From the NCBI GenBank assembly GCA_965208575.1, contig CBDBOV010000003.1:576001-640000 (forward strand): 64,000 nt of DNA. The letters are read 5' to 3'. This DNA comes from Spirochaetia bacterium (GTDB taxonomy: Bacteria; Spirochaetota; Spirochaetia; SZUA-6; Bin103). Position numbers and translations under genes: made by a program. Below, in pieces: positions 1 to 8,776 of the stretch; the stretch's first letter is position 1; every line of letters begins with the position of its first letter. Below the pieces are notes generated by a model. The model made no database searches. It saw only the letters and a list, made by a program, of their open reading frames with translations, and was not told the DNA's origin.

Positions 1-316
1 CCAGGTCGTTCTTGCCGCCCCACCACACGAAGTAGCCGTGCTCCTTGAGGGTGCGCAGCAGGTTGGGCTCGTTCCACTCCGGGTGCAGCATGTGGTGCAT
101 GGTGCGGTGCCCGCGCACGTGCGGGTACCAGCCGCTCATGAAGCTGCACCTGCTCGGTGTGCACACCGGGTTCTGGCAGAACGCCCGCGAGAACGACACC
201 CCATCCCCCGCCACCAGCCGGTCGATCGCCGGCGTCACCGCCGCTTCGTTGCCCACGTGCCCGAGCACGTCCCCCCGCCACTGATCCGGATTGAAGATGA
301 TGATGTCAGGTCGCAT
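1..316 (-). CDS. Sulfatase family protein, 5' part (runs off window edge)
   Basis: Hand translation of the minus strand: MRPDIIIFNPDQWRGDVLGHVG...AFCQNPVCTPSRCSFMSGWYPH, with the sulfatase CxPxR motif and a GGAGGG RBS upstream. Not in the ORF track. Confidence 0.9.
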   Translation of the reverse strand, partial: MRPDIIIFNPDQWRGDVLGHVGNEAAVTPAIDRLVAGDGVSFSRAFCQNPVCTPSRCSFMSGWYPHVRGHRTMHHMLHPEWNEPNLLRTLKEHGYFVWWGGKNDL

Positions 317-421
317 GTGCCCTCCAGGGTAGCAGAAAGCGGAGGTTGGGCCGATCACGGCACGAGGCGTGTAGTCGCGGTGGCGAGCGCAACAAACGCA
401 CACGGTGCAGCGGCGACGCTC
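315..421 (+). pseudogene. Possible decayed copy of the xdhC 5' end
   Basis: GGWADHGTRRVVAVASATNAHGAAATL is colinear with XdhC GGCLERGERVFVACVAESTRGSPGTAGAKL. atg--tgccctccagggtagcag resembles atgagtgcgttctgggagcag. By-eye alignment. Confidence 0.4.
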
Positions 422-457
422 GGTAGACCTTGCAGTTTAGGCGTAGTATGCTCTCCG

Positions 458-685
458 ATGATGGGTCGCAAGGCACAACACGTCGTTCCCAGAGATGGGA
501 AATGGGCCGTACGCAAAACCGGCGCCGATCGCGTAACGAAACATTTCGATACTCAGCGTGAAGCCATCGAGGCCGCCCGAGAACTCGCTCGAAAACAGAA
601 AACGGAGTTGTACATTCATGGGAAGGATGGACGAATTCGCGAACGAGACTCCTTCGGGGACGACCCATTTCCACCAAAGGGATAG
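458..685 (+). CDS. DUF2188 family small protein
   Basis: QHVVPRDGKWAVRKTG...TQREAIEAARELA...ELYIHGKDGRIRERDSFGDDPFPPKG is typical of DUF2188. Confidence 0.85.
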   Translation: MMGRKAQHVVPRDGKWAVRKTGADRVTKHFDTQREAIEAARELARKQKTELYIHGKDGRIRERDSFGDDPFPPKG

Positions 686-694
686 ACACAAAAC

Positions 695-1327
695 CTGGTT
701 GACGCAGACTTCCGTCGAAGCGTTTTCGTAAACTGTCCGTTTGATCAAGAGTACGAGCCGATTCTGCAGGCGGTCTTGTTCTGCTTGGTACGCTTGGGTC
801 TGAAACCGCGCATTGCGACCGAACGAAACGACGCCGGCGAACCAAGAGTAGAGAAGATCATTGAATTGATCAGGTCGTGTCGTTATTCGATTCACGACCT
901 CAGCAGATGTCAAGCCCGCGCCCCGGGGGAACACTATAGACTCAACATGCCCTTTGAGCTCGGAGTCGATTTCGGATGTCGACGCTATGGCGGCGAGCCG
1001 TTTTCGGAGAAGGCTATTCTTGTGCTTGAGGAGCAGCCTTATCGCTATCAGGCTGCACTTTCAGACTTGGCAGGAAGTGACATTGAAGTACATCACGGCG
1101 ACTACGAAATAGCCGTTAGGAAGGTGCGGAACTGGATTACCGGGTTCCTTGCTAGTGAGCTTGTCGGAGCTGCTCGCATCTTGGCAGAGTATGAAGACTT
1201 CCAGAAGTGGAACTACGAGCGTCAACTTGCCGCAGGCTTTTCCGAAGCCGACATTCGGGACTATTCCACCCCGGAGCTACTGCGAGCGATGCTTCGATGG
1301 ATTGAGCAGCGCCGGCCGCGGGTGTGA
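695..1327 (+). CDS. Conserved protein, TIR/nucleoside-deoxyribosyltransferase-like fold (start uncertain, possibly CTG at 695)
   Basis: VFVNCPFD...PRIA...IHDLSR...RLNMPFELG motifs. The conserved N-terminus lies upstream of the track's TTG start at 776. Confidence 0.6.
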   Translation: MVDADFRRSVFVNCPFDQEYEPILQAVLFCLVRLGLKPRIATERNDAGEPRVEKIIELIRSCRYSIHDLSRCQARAPGEHYRLNMPFELGVDFGCRRYGGEPFSEKAILVLEEQPYRYQAALSDLAGSDIEVHHGDYEIAVRKVRNWITGFLASELVGAARILAEYEDFQKWNYERQLAAGFSEADIRDYSTPELLRAMLRWIEQRRPRV

Positions 1328-1451
1328 CACCGGCGTTCCTGTGAAGTGACATCGTGCACCATCACGCCGAGTTGTCTACGAAGCTCTGCAGCAAGCGAGA
1401 GGGTGGGATGTGTTGCCGATGGCCGGATAGGCTATCATGGGATGACGAGAG

Positions 1452-2417
1452 ATGAGTGCGTTCTGGGAGCAGGTGGGTGGTTGTCTGGAGCGGGGCGAGC
1501 GGGTGTTCGTGGCTTGCGTGGCCGAGAGCACGCGCGGCTCGCCCGGCACGGCAGGGGCGAAGCTGCTGGTGGCAGAGGGCGGCGGCCCGTTCGGGACTAT
1601 CGGCGGCGGCACGATGGAACACCGGCTGGTGGAGCAGGCGCGGGAGTTGCTGCGCAGCGGCGGGGCGCAGCCGGAGAAGCGCACCCTGGTGCACAGCGAT
1701 ACCGCGGAAGGGGAACAGTCGGGCATGGTATGCGAGGGCAGCCAGACCAACGTGTTCTGCGTGTTGGCCGGCGACCGCGACTGCACCACCGCGGGCGCCA
1801 TCGCCGCCGCCGTACGGGAGGACCGGCCCGCATGGATGGCGATCGACGCGGGCGGCCTGCGGCTCATGGAGCGGGATGCGGACCTCTCACGGCCGCCGTT
1901 TGCGCTGACCGGGGAGGGGGAGCTCTGGCACTACGAGGAGGACCTGCTGAACCGGCGCCGGCTGGCGGTGATCGGCGGCGGCCACTGCGCGGTGGCGTTG
2001 GCCGAGGCGATGGCGCGCCTCGGTTACCGCACGCAGATCTTCGATACCCGCACCGAGGTGGTGACCCATTACCGCGCCGCGGCCGTGGGGACGGTGACCC
2101 ACGTCGCGGACTACGCCGCCGCGGGACCGCTCATTGCCTGGCCCGAGCTGACCGCCGTGGTGGTGATGACCGCGGACTACCTGACCGACGTGCGCGCGCT
2201 TCTGGGGACGGCGGAACTGCCGTTTCCCTTCGTCGGCCTGATGGGCGGCAGGCGCAAGATCGCCCGGATCTTCGCCAAGCTGCGGGAGGAGGGGACCGCG
2301 CAGGAGGCGCTTGACCGGGTCCACGCACCTGTTGGCCTGGACATCGGCAGCGACACCCCCGAAGAAATCGCTATCAGCGTCGCTGCCCAGATCCTGCGCG
2401 AGCGCAACCGGGCCTGA
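1452..2417 (+). CDS. xdhC: XdhC/CoxI-family molybdoenzyme maturation factor
   Basis: GSPGTAGAKL, GTIGGG, GGGH, VGLMG and APVGLDIGSDTPEEIAISVAAQIL motifs; lies upstream of xdhAB. Confidence 0.9.
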   Translation: MSAFWEQVGGCLERGERVFVACVAESTRGSPGTAGAKLLVAEGGGPFGTIGGGTMEHRLVEQARELLRSGGAQPEKRTLVHSDTAEGEQSGMVCEGSQTNVFCVLAGDRDCTTAGAIAAAVREDRPAWMAIDAGGLRLMERDADLSRPPFALTGEGELWHYEEDLLNRRRLAVIGGGHCAVALAEAMARLGYRTQIFDTRTEVVTHYRAAAVGTVTHVADYAAAGPLIAWPELTAVVVMTADYLTDVRALLGTAELPFPFVGLMGGRRKIARIFAKLREEGTAQEALDRVHAPVGLDIGSDTPEEIAISVAAQILRERNRA

Positions 2418-2421
2418 CGCG

Positions 2422-4350
2422 ATGCCGGCGAGCACGCGGTTCATCCTCAACGACCGCGAGGTGGAGACGAACGCCCCCGCCGGCCTGTTGGTGCTGGACT
2501 TTCTACGCGACTGCGAGCGGCTCACCGGCACCAAGGAAGGCTGCAAGGAGGGCGACTGCGGCGCCTGCGCGATCCTGATCGGTGAGTTGGACGGGGATTC
2601 GGTCCGCTACCAGCCGGTCACTTCCTGCCTGGTGCCGCTGGCCGAGGTGCATGGCAGGCACTTGGTGACCATTGAGGGCTGCAACCTTGCCGGGCTCAAC
2701 CCGGTGCAGGAGGCGATCGTCGAGTTCGGCGGCGCCCAGTGCGGGTTCTGCACGCCCGGCATCGTGGTGTCGCTGCACGGCCTGCTGCTCGACAACGGCA
2801 AGGGGCTTTCCCTCGACGACGTCAAGTACGCCCTGAGCGGCCACCTGTGCCGCTGCACCGGCTACCGCTCGCTCAAGGACTGCGCCGCCACGCTCGAGCG
2901 CGACCTCGGCAGCCGGCTGCAGGCCAACGGCAGCGCGAACCGCGTGGCTGCGCTGACCGCCGCCGGCGCTTTGCCGGAGTACTTCGCCGCCATCCCCGGG
3001 CGGTTGCGCGCCCTGTGTGCGCCGAGCCACGCCGCAGCCACGCTTGCCGGGGATGCGACGGCCCTCCTGGAGCCGGCGTCGATCGCGGCCAGCGTGCCTG
3101 CGGGGTTGGCTGCGTCCCCAAGTTCCGCTTCAGCGGCGCTGCCTGCGGATACGATGGCACGCCTCAAATCAGCGTCGGATGCGGGCAAGGGCAGCGCGCC
3201 GCCGGCAGCGTCCGCGAGGCGCACCGCTACGACCTTGAAGCTGCCACCGACGGGCACCGCCGCGGCACCGCGACCCGCACCCGTGGCGGAGCGACCGGAC
3301 GGGTCGCCGGCTACCGCTTCGCCGCCGGATTCGTCGCGCGCGCCCTCCGAACGCGGCCCACACGCCGAACCGGCCCGCACTGCGCCGGCGACTGCCGCCT
3401 CCGCGGCGTCCGAGCCTCCGCCGGAGGATCCTGCTGCTGCGTCGGCGCGCGCAACCCAAGTGGAGTCGCCGAGCACAACCGTCCCGTCCGGCCCGCCTGC
3501 CGTGGCGGAGACCGAGGGCTCCTACCCGCGTCCGTCCGATCTTCTTATCGCCGGCGGCACCGACCTGTACGTGCAGCAGGGTGAGACGATACCCGGACGG
3601 CCGGTCACCGTGCTGGGGCGGCGCCCCGATCTGAAGGGGATCCGCCGCCACGGCGGCGAGTTCCGAGTCGGCGGCCTGACCACGTTCGAGGAGTTCGGCA
3701 CCCATCCGGCGGTGATCGAAGCAATTCCGGCCATCGCGTCGTTCAATCACCTGATCGCCTCCTGGCAGATCCGCAACCGCGCCACCCTGGCCGGCAACAT
3801 CGTCAACGCCTCCCCGATCGGCGACTTCACGGCGCTGCTGCTGGCCCTGGACGCGCGTGTTGTGCTGGAAGACGGCGGTGCGCAGCGGTCCGTTCCCCTC
3901 AAGGAGTTCTATCGCGGTTACAAGCAGATCGACCTGCGCCCCGGCGAGCTGCTCACCGAGGTTGCGTTCGCAGACCCGGCCGGGGCGCGGGTCAACTTCG
4001 AGAAGGTGTCCAAGCGTACCTGCCTCGACATCGCCTCGGTGAACAGCGCCTGCTCGATCCGCTGCACGGACAGCACGATCGATGATGCTCACTTCAGCCT
4101 CGGCGGCGTGGCGCCGGTTCCGCTCTACCTGCACGAGACCTCGCGGGCCGTGCGCGGCCGCAGCCTCGCCCTGGAAACGGCATGGGAGGCGGTGCGCGTG
4201 TCACAACAGGAGATTGCGCCGATCTCGGACGTGCGCGGGTCGGCCGAGTACAAGCGCCTGCTGGCACGGCAGTTGCTCATTGCCCACTTCGTCTCCCTGT
4301 TTCCCGACCGCTTCGCCGCCGAAGCGTTCTACGCCGGGAAGAGCGCATGA
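2422..4350 (+). CDS. xdhA: Xanthine dehydrogenase small subunit (2x[2Fe-2S] + FAD) with long Pro/Ala linker
   Basis: GTKEGCKEGDCGAC, QCGFCTPG, LCRCTGY, IAGGTDL, QIRNRATLAGN, KVSKR and PISDVRGSAEYK motifs. Confidence 0.93.
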   Translation: MPASTRFILNDREVETNAPAGLLVLDFLRDCERLTGTKEGCKEGDCGACAILIGELDGDSVRYQPVTSCLVPLAEVHGRHLVTIEGCNLAGLNPVQEAIVEFGGAQCGFCTPGIVVSLHGLLLDNGKGLSLDDVKYALSGHLCRCTGYRSLKDCAATLERDLGSRLQANGSANRVAALTAAGALPEYFAAIPGRLRALCAPSHAAATLAGDATALLEPASIAASVPAGLAASPSSASAALPADTMARLKSASDAGKGSAPPAASARRTATTLKLPPTGTAAAPRPAPVAERPDGSPATASPPDSSRAPSERGPHAEPARTAPATAASAASEPPPEDPAAASARATQVESPSTTVPSGPPAVAETEGSYPRPSDLLIAGGTDLYVQQGETIPGRPVTVLGRRPDLKGIRRHGGEFRVGGLTTFEEFGTHPAVIEAIPAIASFNHLIASWQIRNRATLAGNIVNASPIGDFTALLLALDARVVLEDGGAQRSVPLKEFYRGYKQIDLRPGELLTEVAFADPAGARVNFEKVSKRTCLDIASVNSACSIRCTDSTIDDAHFSLGGVAPVPLYLHETSRAVRGRSLALETAWEAVRVSQQEIAPISDVRGSAEYKRLLARQLLIAHFVSLFPDRFAAEAFYAGKSA

Positions 4351-6707
4351 CCAGGATGGCCTCGGCCGACACGAAACACATCGACTCCCATCTGCACGTG
4401 CGCGGCGAGTCGCTGTACGTCGACGACGTGCCGCCGCCGCCCGGCATGCTGCACGCCGCGGTGTTCGGCTCGCCGGTGGCGCACGGCGTCGTCACTCGCC
4501 TGGCCACCGGCGCGGCGCTCGCCGCCCCCGGTGTCGTGGCCGTGCTCACCGCGGACGACATCCCGGGCGTCAACCGCTTCGGCCCGATCATCGAGGACGA
4601 GCAGTTGCTGGTGGAGCGCGAGGTGTGCTTCATCGGCCATCCGATCGCCCTGGTGGTGGCGCGTACCGCGCACCAGGCGCGGCAGGCGCGTGAGCTGATC
4701 GAAGTCGAGATCGACCCGCTGCCGGTGGTGGTCGACCCGCGCGAGGCGTTCGCAGCCGGCGACCTGATCCATCCGCAGCGTACCATGGCGGCCGGCGACG
4801 TCGCCGGGGCATGGGACGACTGCGACGTGGTGGTGGAGGGGCGCTGCGAGGTCGGCGGCCAGGAGCACCTCTACCTGGAGACGCAGCGCTCCCGCGCGGT
4901 GCCCGGCGAGGACGGTGCGATGCAGGTGTTCTCCTCCACGCAGGGGCCGGCCGCGGTGCAGCACGTGGTGGCGGCCGTGCTCGGCAGGCCGATGCACAAG
5001 GTGGAGGTCGACGTGAAGCGGCTCGGCGGCGGCTTCGGCGGCAAGGAGGACCAGGCCACCCACTGGGCGGCGCTGGCCGCGCTGGCCGCCGCCCGCCTGG
5101 AAGCGCCGGTGGAACTGGTGCTGAACCGGCTCGACGACATCCGGATGACCGGCAAGCGCCACCCCTACTCCGCGGACTTCAAGATCGGGCTCACCGCACG
5201 GCGCGAGATCCTGGCCTACGAGGCCACCTTCTACCAGAACTCCGGCGCCTTCGCCGACCTGTCGGCACCGGTGCTGGCGCGCACGCTGTTTCACGCCACG
5301 GGCGCCTACTTCATCCCCAACGTGCGGGTGACGGGCGCGGCGTGCCGCACCAACCTGCAGCCGCACACCGCGTTCCGCGGCTTCGGCGGTCCGCAGGGGA
5401 TGTATGTCATCGAGGCCGCCATCAACAAGGCCGCCGACGCCATGGGCATCGATGCGTCCGCCATCCAGCGCGCCAGCCTGCTGCGCGACGGCGACCGGTT
5501 CCACTACGGCCAGGTGGCCGGGCGCTGCCGCGCCGAGCGCACCTGGGACGAGCTGGAGTCGACGTTCGGGGTCGACGGCATCCGCCGGCGGGTCGCCGAA
5601 CACAACCGCCGCAACTTCGCCCTCAAGAAAGGCTGCGCGCTGATGCCGGTGTGCTTCGGCATCTCGTTTACCAAGAGCCACCTCAACCAGGGCCACGCCC
5701 TGGTGCACGTCTACACCGACGGCAGCGTGAGCGTGACCACCGGCGGCATCGAGATGGGGCAGGGCATCAGCAGCAACGTCGCCTCGGTGGTGGCGCGCAC
5801 CTTCGGCATTGCAAGGCACCGGGTACGCGTGGAGAGCACCAACACCACGCGCGTGGCCAACATGTCGCCGAGCGCGGCCAGCGCCACCACCGACCTGAAC
5901 GGCAACGCCGCCATCATCGCCGTCGAGACTATCCTGGGGGGCATGCGCGAAGCGGCCGCCGCGGAGCTTAGGGCGGTGGATCCCGCCACGGTGACCATCG
6001 CCGGCGAGCAGGTCCGTGTCGCCGGCAGGCCCGCCGGCATGAGTTGGACCGACGTGGTGGACCTCACCTACCACGCCCGCAGGCGGCTGTCCGCACACGG
6101 CTACTACGCCACGCCGGGCATCCACTACGACGAGCAGCGCGAGCACGGCCACCCGTTCGCCTACCACGTCTACGGCACCGCCGTGTTCGAGGTGACCGTC
6201 GACTGCCTGCGGGGCACCTACGCCGTCGACCAGGTGAAGATCGTCCACGACCTCGGCCGCACCATCAACCCTACCGTGGACCGCGGCCAGGTGGAGGGCG
6301 GCCTCGCGCAGGGCATGGGCTGGATGACCATGGAGGACCTGCAGTGCGACGCGGACGGCCGCTGCCTGTCGCACGCCCTGTCCACCTACAAGGCCCCGGA
6401 CGTCTACTTCATGCCCGACGACATGGCGGTGAAGTTCCTGCAGCCGGAGGACAACCCCTACGGCCCGCTCGGCGCCAAGGCGGTCGGCGAGCCGCCGCTG
6501 ATGTACGGCATCGGCGTCTTCTTCGCCCTGCGCAACGCCATGAAGGCGTTCCGCCCCGGCGCCGACCTGCCCCTCGACACCCCGATGACCCCGGAACGCC
6601 TCCTCCTCGCCCTGCACCGGGACATGAAGACCATTGGTGTGAGACAAGTGACGGGTCACCGTTCCCCAGAAATTCGACCCGTGCTCCCAACATTCCGCGA
6701 TGTGTAA
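4347..6707 (+). CDS. xdhB: Xanthine dehydrogenase molybdopterin-binding subunit
   Basis: GGQEHLYLE, RLGGGFGGKE, AFRGFGGPQG, EMGQG and KAVGEPPL motifs; ATGA overlap with xdhA. Confidence 0.95.
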   Translation: MTRMASADTKHIDSHLHVRGESLYVDDVPPPPGMLHAAVFGSPVAHGVVTRLATGAALAAPGVVAVLTADDIPGVNRFGPIIEDEQLLVEREVCFIGHPIALVVARTAHQARQARELIEVEIDPLPVVVDPREAFAAGDLIHPQRTMAAGDVAGAWDDCDVVVEGRCEVGGQEHLYLETQRSRAVPGEDGAMQVFSSTQGPAAVQHVVAAVLGRPMHKVEVDVKRLGGGFGGKEDQATHWAALAALAAARLEAPVELVLNRLDDIRMTGKRHPYSADFKIGLTARREILAYEATFYQNSGAFADLSAPVLARTLFHATGAYFIPNVRVTGAACRTNLQPHTAFRGFGGPQGMYVIEAAINKAADAMGIDASAIQRASLLRDGDRFHYGQVAGRCRAERTWDELESTFGVDGIRRRVAEHNRRNFALKKGCALMPVCFGISFTKSHLNQGHALVHVYTDGSVSVTTGGIEMGQGISSNVASVVARTFGIARHRVRVESTNTTRVANMSPSAASATTDLNGNAAIIAVETILGGMREAAAAELRAVDPATVTIAGEQVRVAGRPAGMSWTDVVDLTYHARRRLSAHGYYATPGIHYDEQREHGHPFAYHVYGTAVFEVTVDCLRGTYAVDQVKIVHDLGRTINPTVDRGQVEGGLAQGMGWMTMEDLQCDADGRCLSHALSTYKAPDVYFMPDDMAVKFLQPEDNPYGPLGAKAVGEPPLMYGIGVFFALRNAMKAFRPGADLPLDTPMTPERLLLALHRDMKTIGVRQVTGHRSPEIRPVLPTFRDV
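6232..6617 (+). repeat. Left copy of a 386-bp direct repeat (xdhB 3' end); partner at 16569-16954
   Basis: Codon-by-codon comparison gives 24 mismatches in 386 nt, no indels, most synonymous. Confidence 0.95.
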
Positions 6708-6814
6708 TCGTGGCCCGTTGGCAGGGTAGATTAGCCGTCCGCATCTCTTTTCCTCGGCGGATACGCACAAAATACCGCTGGTGAGTCTCTCGATGATGGC
6801 GCTACAATTCCGAA

Positions 6815-8773
6815 CTAATTTCTCAAGATCGGGAGGTCATCTCGAAGTTGCTGCGCTAGCTCGTGTTGCGGGAATCTTCGCATGGCTTCCGTCCATATTG
6901 AGATTGCCTCCGCTTTGCGTTGGGCGTTCCACGTTACTCCTCCTAGGTTGAACCAAGCCAGAGCATAGTTTTCATCCTGTTGCAACGCGTTCTTGTAAGC
7001 AGCTATGCATCCCTGAACGTCGCCGGTACCCTCCTTTGCGATTGCAACTTGAAACCAACTCAAAGCATCAGGTTGATGCTCCCGAGCCTGCTCCAAAAGC
7101 ACAGATAGAGCCTCCGGGTAACGCTTCAGGAAGTTCAGCGCCGTGCCCAGACAATACCCGTAGGCTGCCGGGGAAAGTTGATAGGCCTTGCGATAGCATT
7201 TCTCGGCTTCTTTCCAGTCGCCCTCTCTTTGAGCCCAGTGTCCAGCTCGGTCCCACAAAAGAGCTGGATTCTCCACGCCGTATTCTACCAGATCTGAAAC
7301 GGCTTGGCGTACCTCTTCATAAGCCAGCTTGGGGTCTCCGCCCATATCGTGGATACGGAAGTAGCAAAGCAGCTTCGCTCTGTGACCCCGAAGATCCTCC
7401 GAGAATTCTTTGGTATACCGTTCCCAAAAGGTAACTGATAACTCGGAGGACGCGAGCGTGTCCGTTCCGTATGATGCTACCAATTTTGTGCACCATGGCC
7501 ACGACCAATCCAAATCGTTACCAATGTTCAATAGGGTGTTGATATCTCGGAACGCCTCTACGGATCGTCCCAATCGAAACTGAGTCTCAGCGCGCCACCC
7601 GAGGATCGACGGCGACGCGCCAGAAGAGTCAGGAGACCAGACAATGGAATCGAGATGTTGGAGTGCACTTGCGAGGTCCGATCCGTCGCGGATGTACCAC
7701 AGCGCCAACGCAAGGTGTGCCTCGGGAAGATGAGGATCGAGATCCAGTGCCCGAGCATATAGTGTTTTGGCTCCGGATGTTCTGCCCGTCTTTTCCATGA
7801 CTGATCCGAGATTCTTGTAGCAGCGCGCGACAGCGGTGGGGGATTGCTTTGGATCGAGCGCTCGTAGGGCGGCGTTGTATGCATCGCTCGCTTTCTCGTA
7901 CTCCCGTAACGCAAACCAAGCATTTCCAAGGTTGTACCGCATGGTGCCCGGCGAGGGAACGTCACGACTAAGGGCACCGTTGATAGAGTCGATACCTTGG
8001 CGAATTCGCTCATCGTTATGTTTCTGACCAGTTAACGCAAGGTTAATCTCTGCAAAGTACGTTGGAAGAATGGAGTCACTTGAAGTGCCTATTATCGTCT
8101 GAAAAGTGTCGAAATTACAGCTGATAATAGCGTCGTTTCCGCGATTGTATAGATCGAGTAGGAGTCCGTGAGCTTTCCTCCGATCAGAGGGAACATACAA
8201 GTCGAGTGAAGTGGTTTCTACGTTGCGCACTATGTTCTCTGGAGGCGCTGCTTCGAAATTCAGCCGGCTATCCCTCGCGCTCTTGGCATGGATAGTGACA
8301 TAGCGGGACAATTCTTCCTGAAAGAACGGATCTAAAGCCGTGGCGAACCAGACTGTTATGGTGTGTTGGTTCACATCATTTGTCAGGGTGTGTTCATGTT
8401 CACGTAATACGTCATCGACCATGCGCACCAACAGACGCGCTGACGGTACATGGTAACACACAAGTATCGAGCCGGGCTGCATAGCGAGATAGTTCAAGGT
8501 GCGTCGCTTTATCGGTAGGCTTACGGCGCCATCATTATTCGGTGTCTTGTTCGTGGCCTTCAGTTGGACGTGTACACGAATATTAGTCATCGTGCCATCG
8601 TTGACGGCTTCGATCTGAACGTCTGTACCGTAATCAATCCTGTCCGGAGACTGCACTACGAACCTTCCGCATTGAGAGATTGCCTTGTGAAAGGCGCTCT
8701 CCGATTGATCTCTTATTTGGCTATTCTCGTCTCGTCTGGGAAGATCATTCAAACTGAACAACCGCTTTGGCAC
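6815..8773 (-). CDS. DUF4365 (restriction-endonuclease-like) N-terminal domain + TPR repeat protein
   Basis: DYGTDVQIE...VHVQLKAT nuclease-like motif; TPRs such as YNLGNAW, YKNLGSVM and AWFNLGGV. Confidence 0.75.
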   Translation of the reverse strand: MPKRLFSLNDLPRRDENSQIRDQSESAFHKAISQCGRFVVQSPDRIDYGTDVQIEAVNDGTMTNIRVHVQLKATNKTPNNDGAVSLPIKRRTLNYLAMQPGSILVCYHVPSARLLVRMVDDVLREHEHTLTNDVNQHTITVWFATALDPFFQEELSRYVTIHAKSARDSRLNFEAAPPENIVRNVETTSLDLYVPSDRRKAHGLLLDLYNRGNDAIISCNFDTFQTIIGTSSDSILPTYFAEINLALTGQKHNDERIRQGIDSINGALSRDVPSPGTMRYNLGNAWFALREYEKASDAYNAALRALDPKQSPTAVARCYKNLGSVMEKTGRTSGAKTLYARALDLDPHLPEAHLALALWYIRDGSDLASALQHLDSIVWSPDSSGASPSILGWRAETQFRLGRSVEAFRDINTLLNIGNDLDWSWPWCTKLVASYGTDTLASSELSVTFWERYTKEFSEDLRGHRAKLLCYFRIHDMGGDPKLAYEEVRQAVSDLVEYGVENPALLWDRAGHWAQREGDWKEAEKCYRKAYQLSPAAYGYCLGTALNFLKRYPEALSVLLEQAREHQPDALSWFQVAIAKEGTGDVQGCIAAYKNALQQDENYALAWFNLGGVTWNAQRKAEAISIWTEAMRRFPQHELAQQLRDDLPILRN

Positions 8774-8776
8774 GGT

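Noticed and set aside
4329-6770. Long antisense ORFs (e.g. 4329-6770, 25884-28835, 31715-33823, 50759-53458)
   Set aside because: Shadow frames opposite well-supported genes in high-GC DNA; no family motifs.
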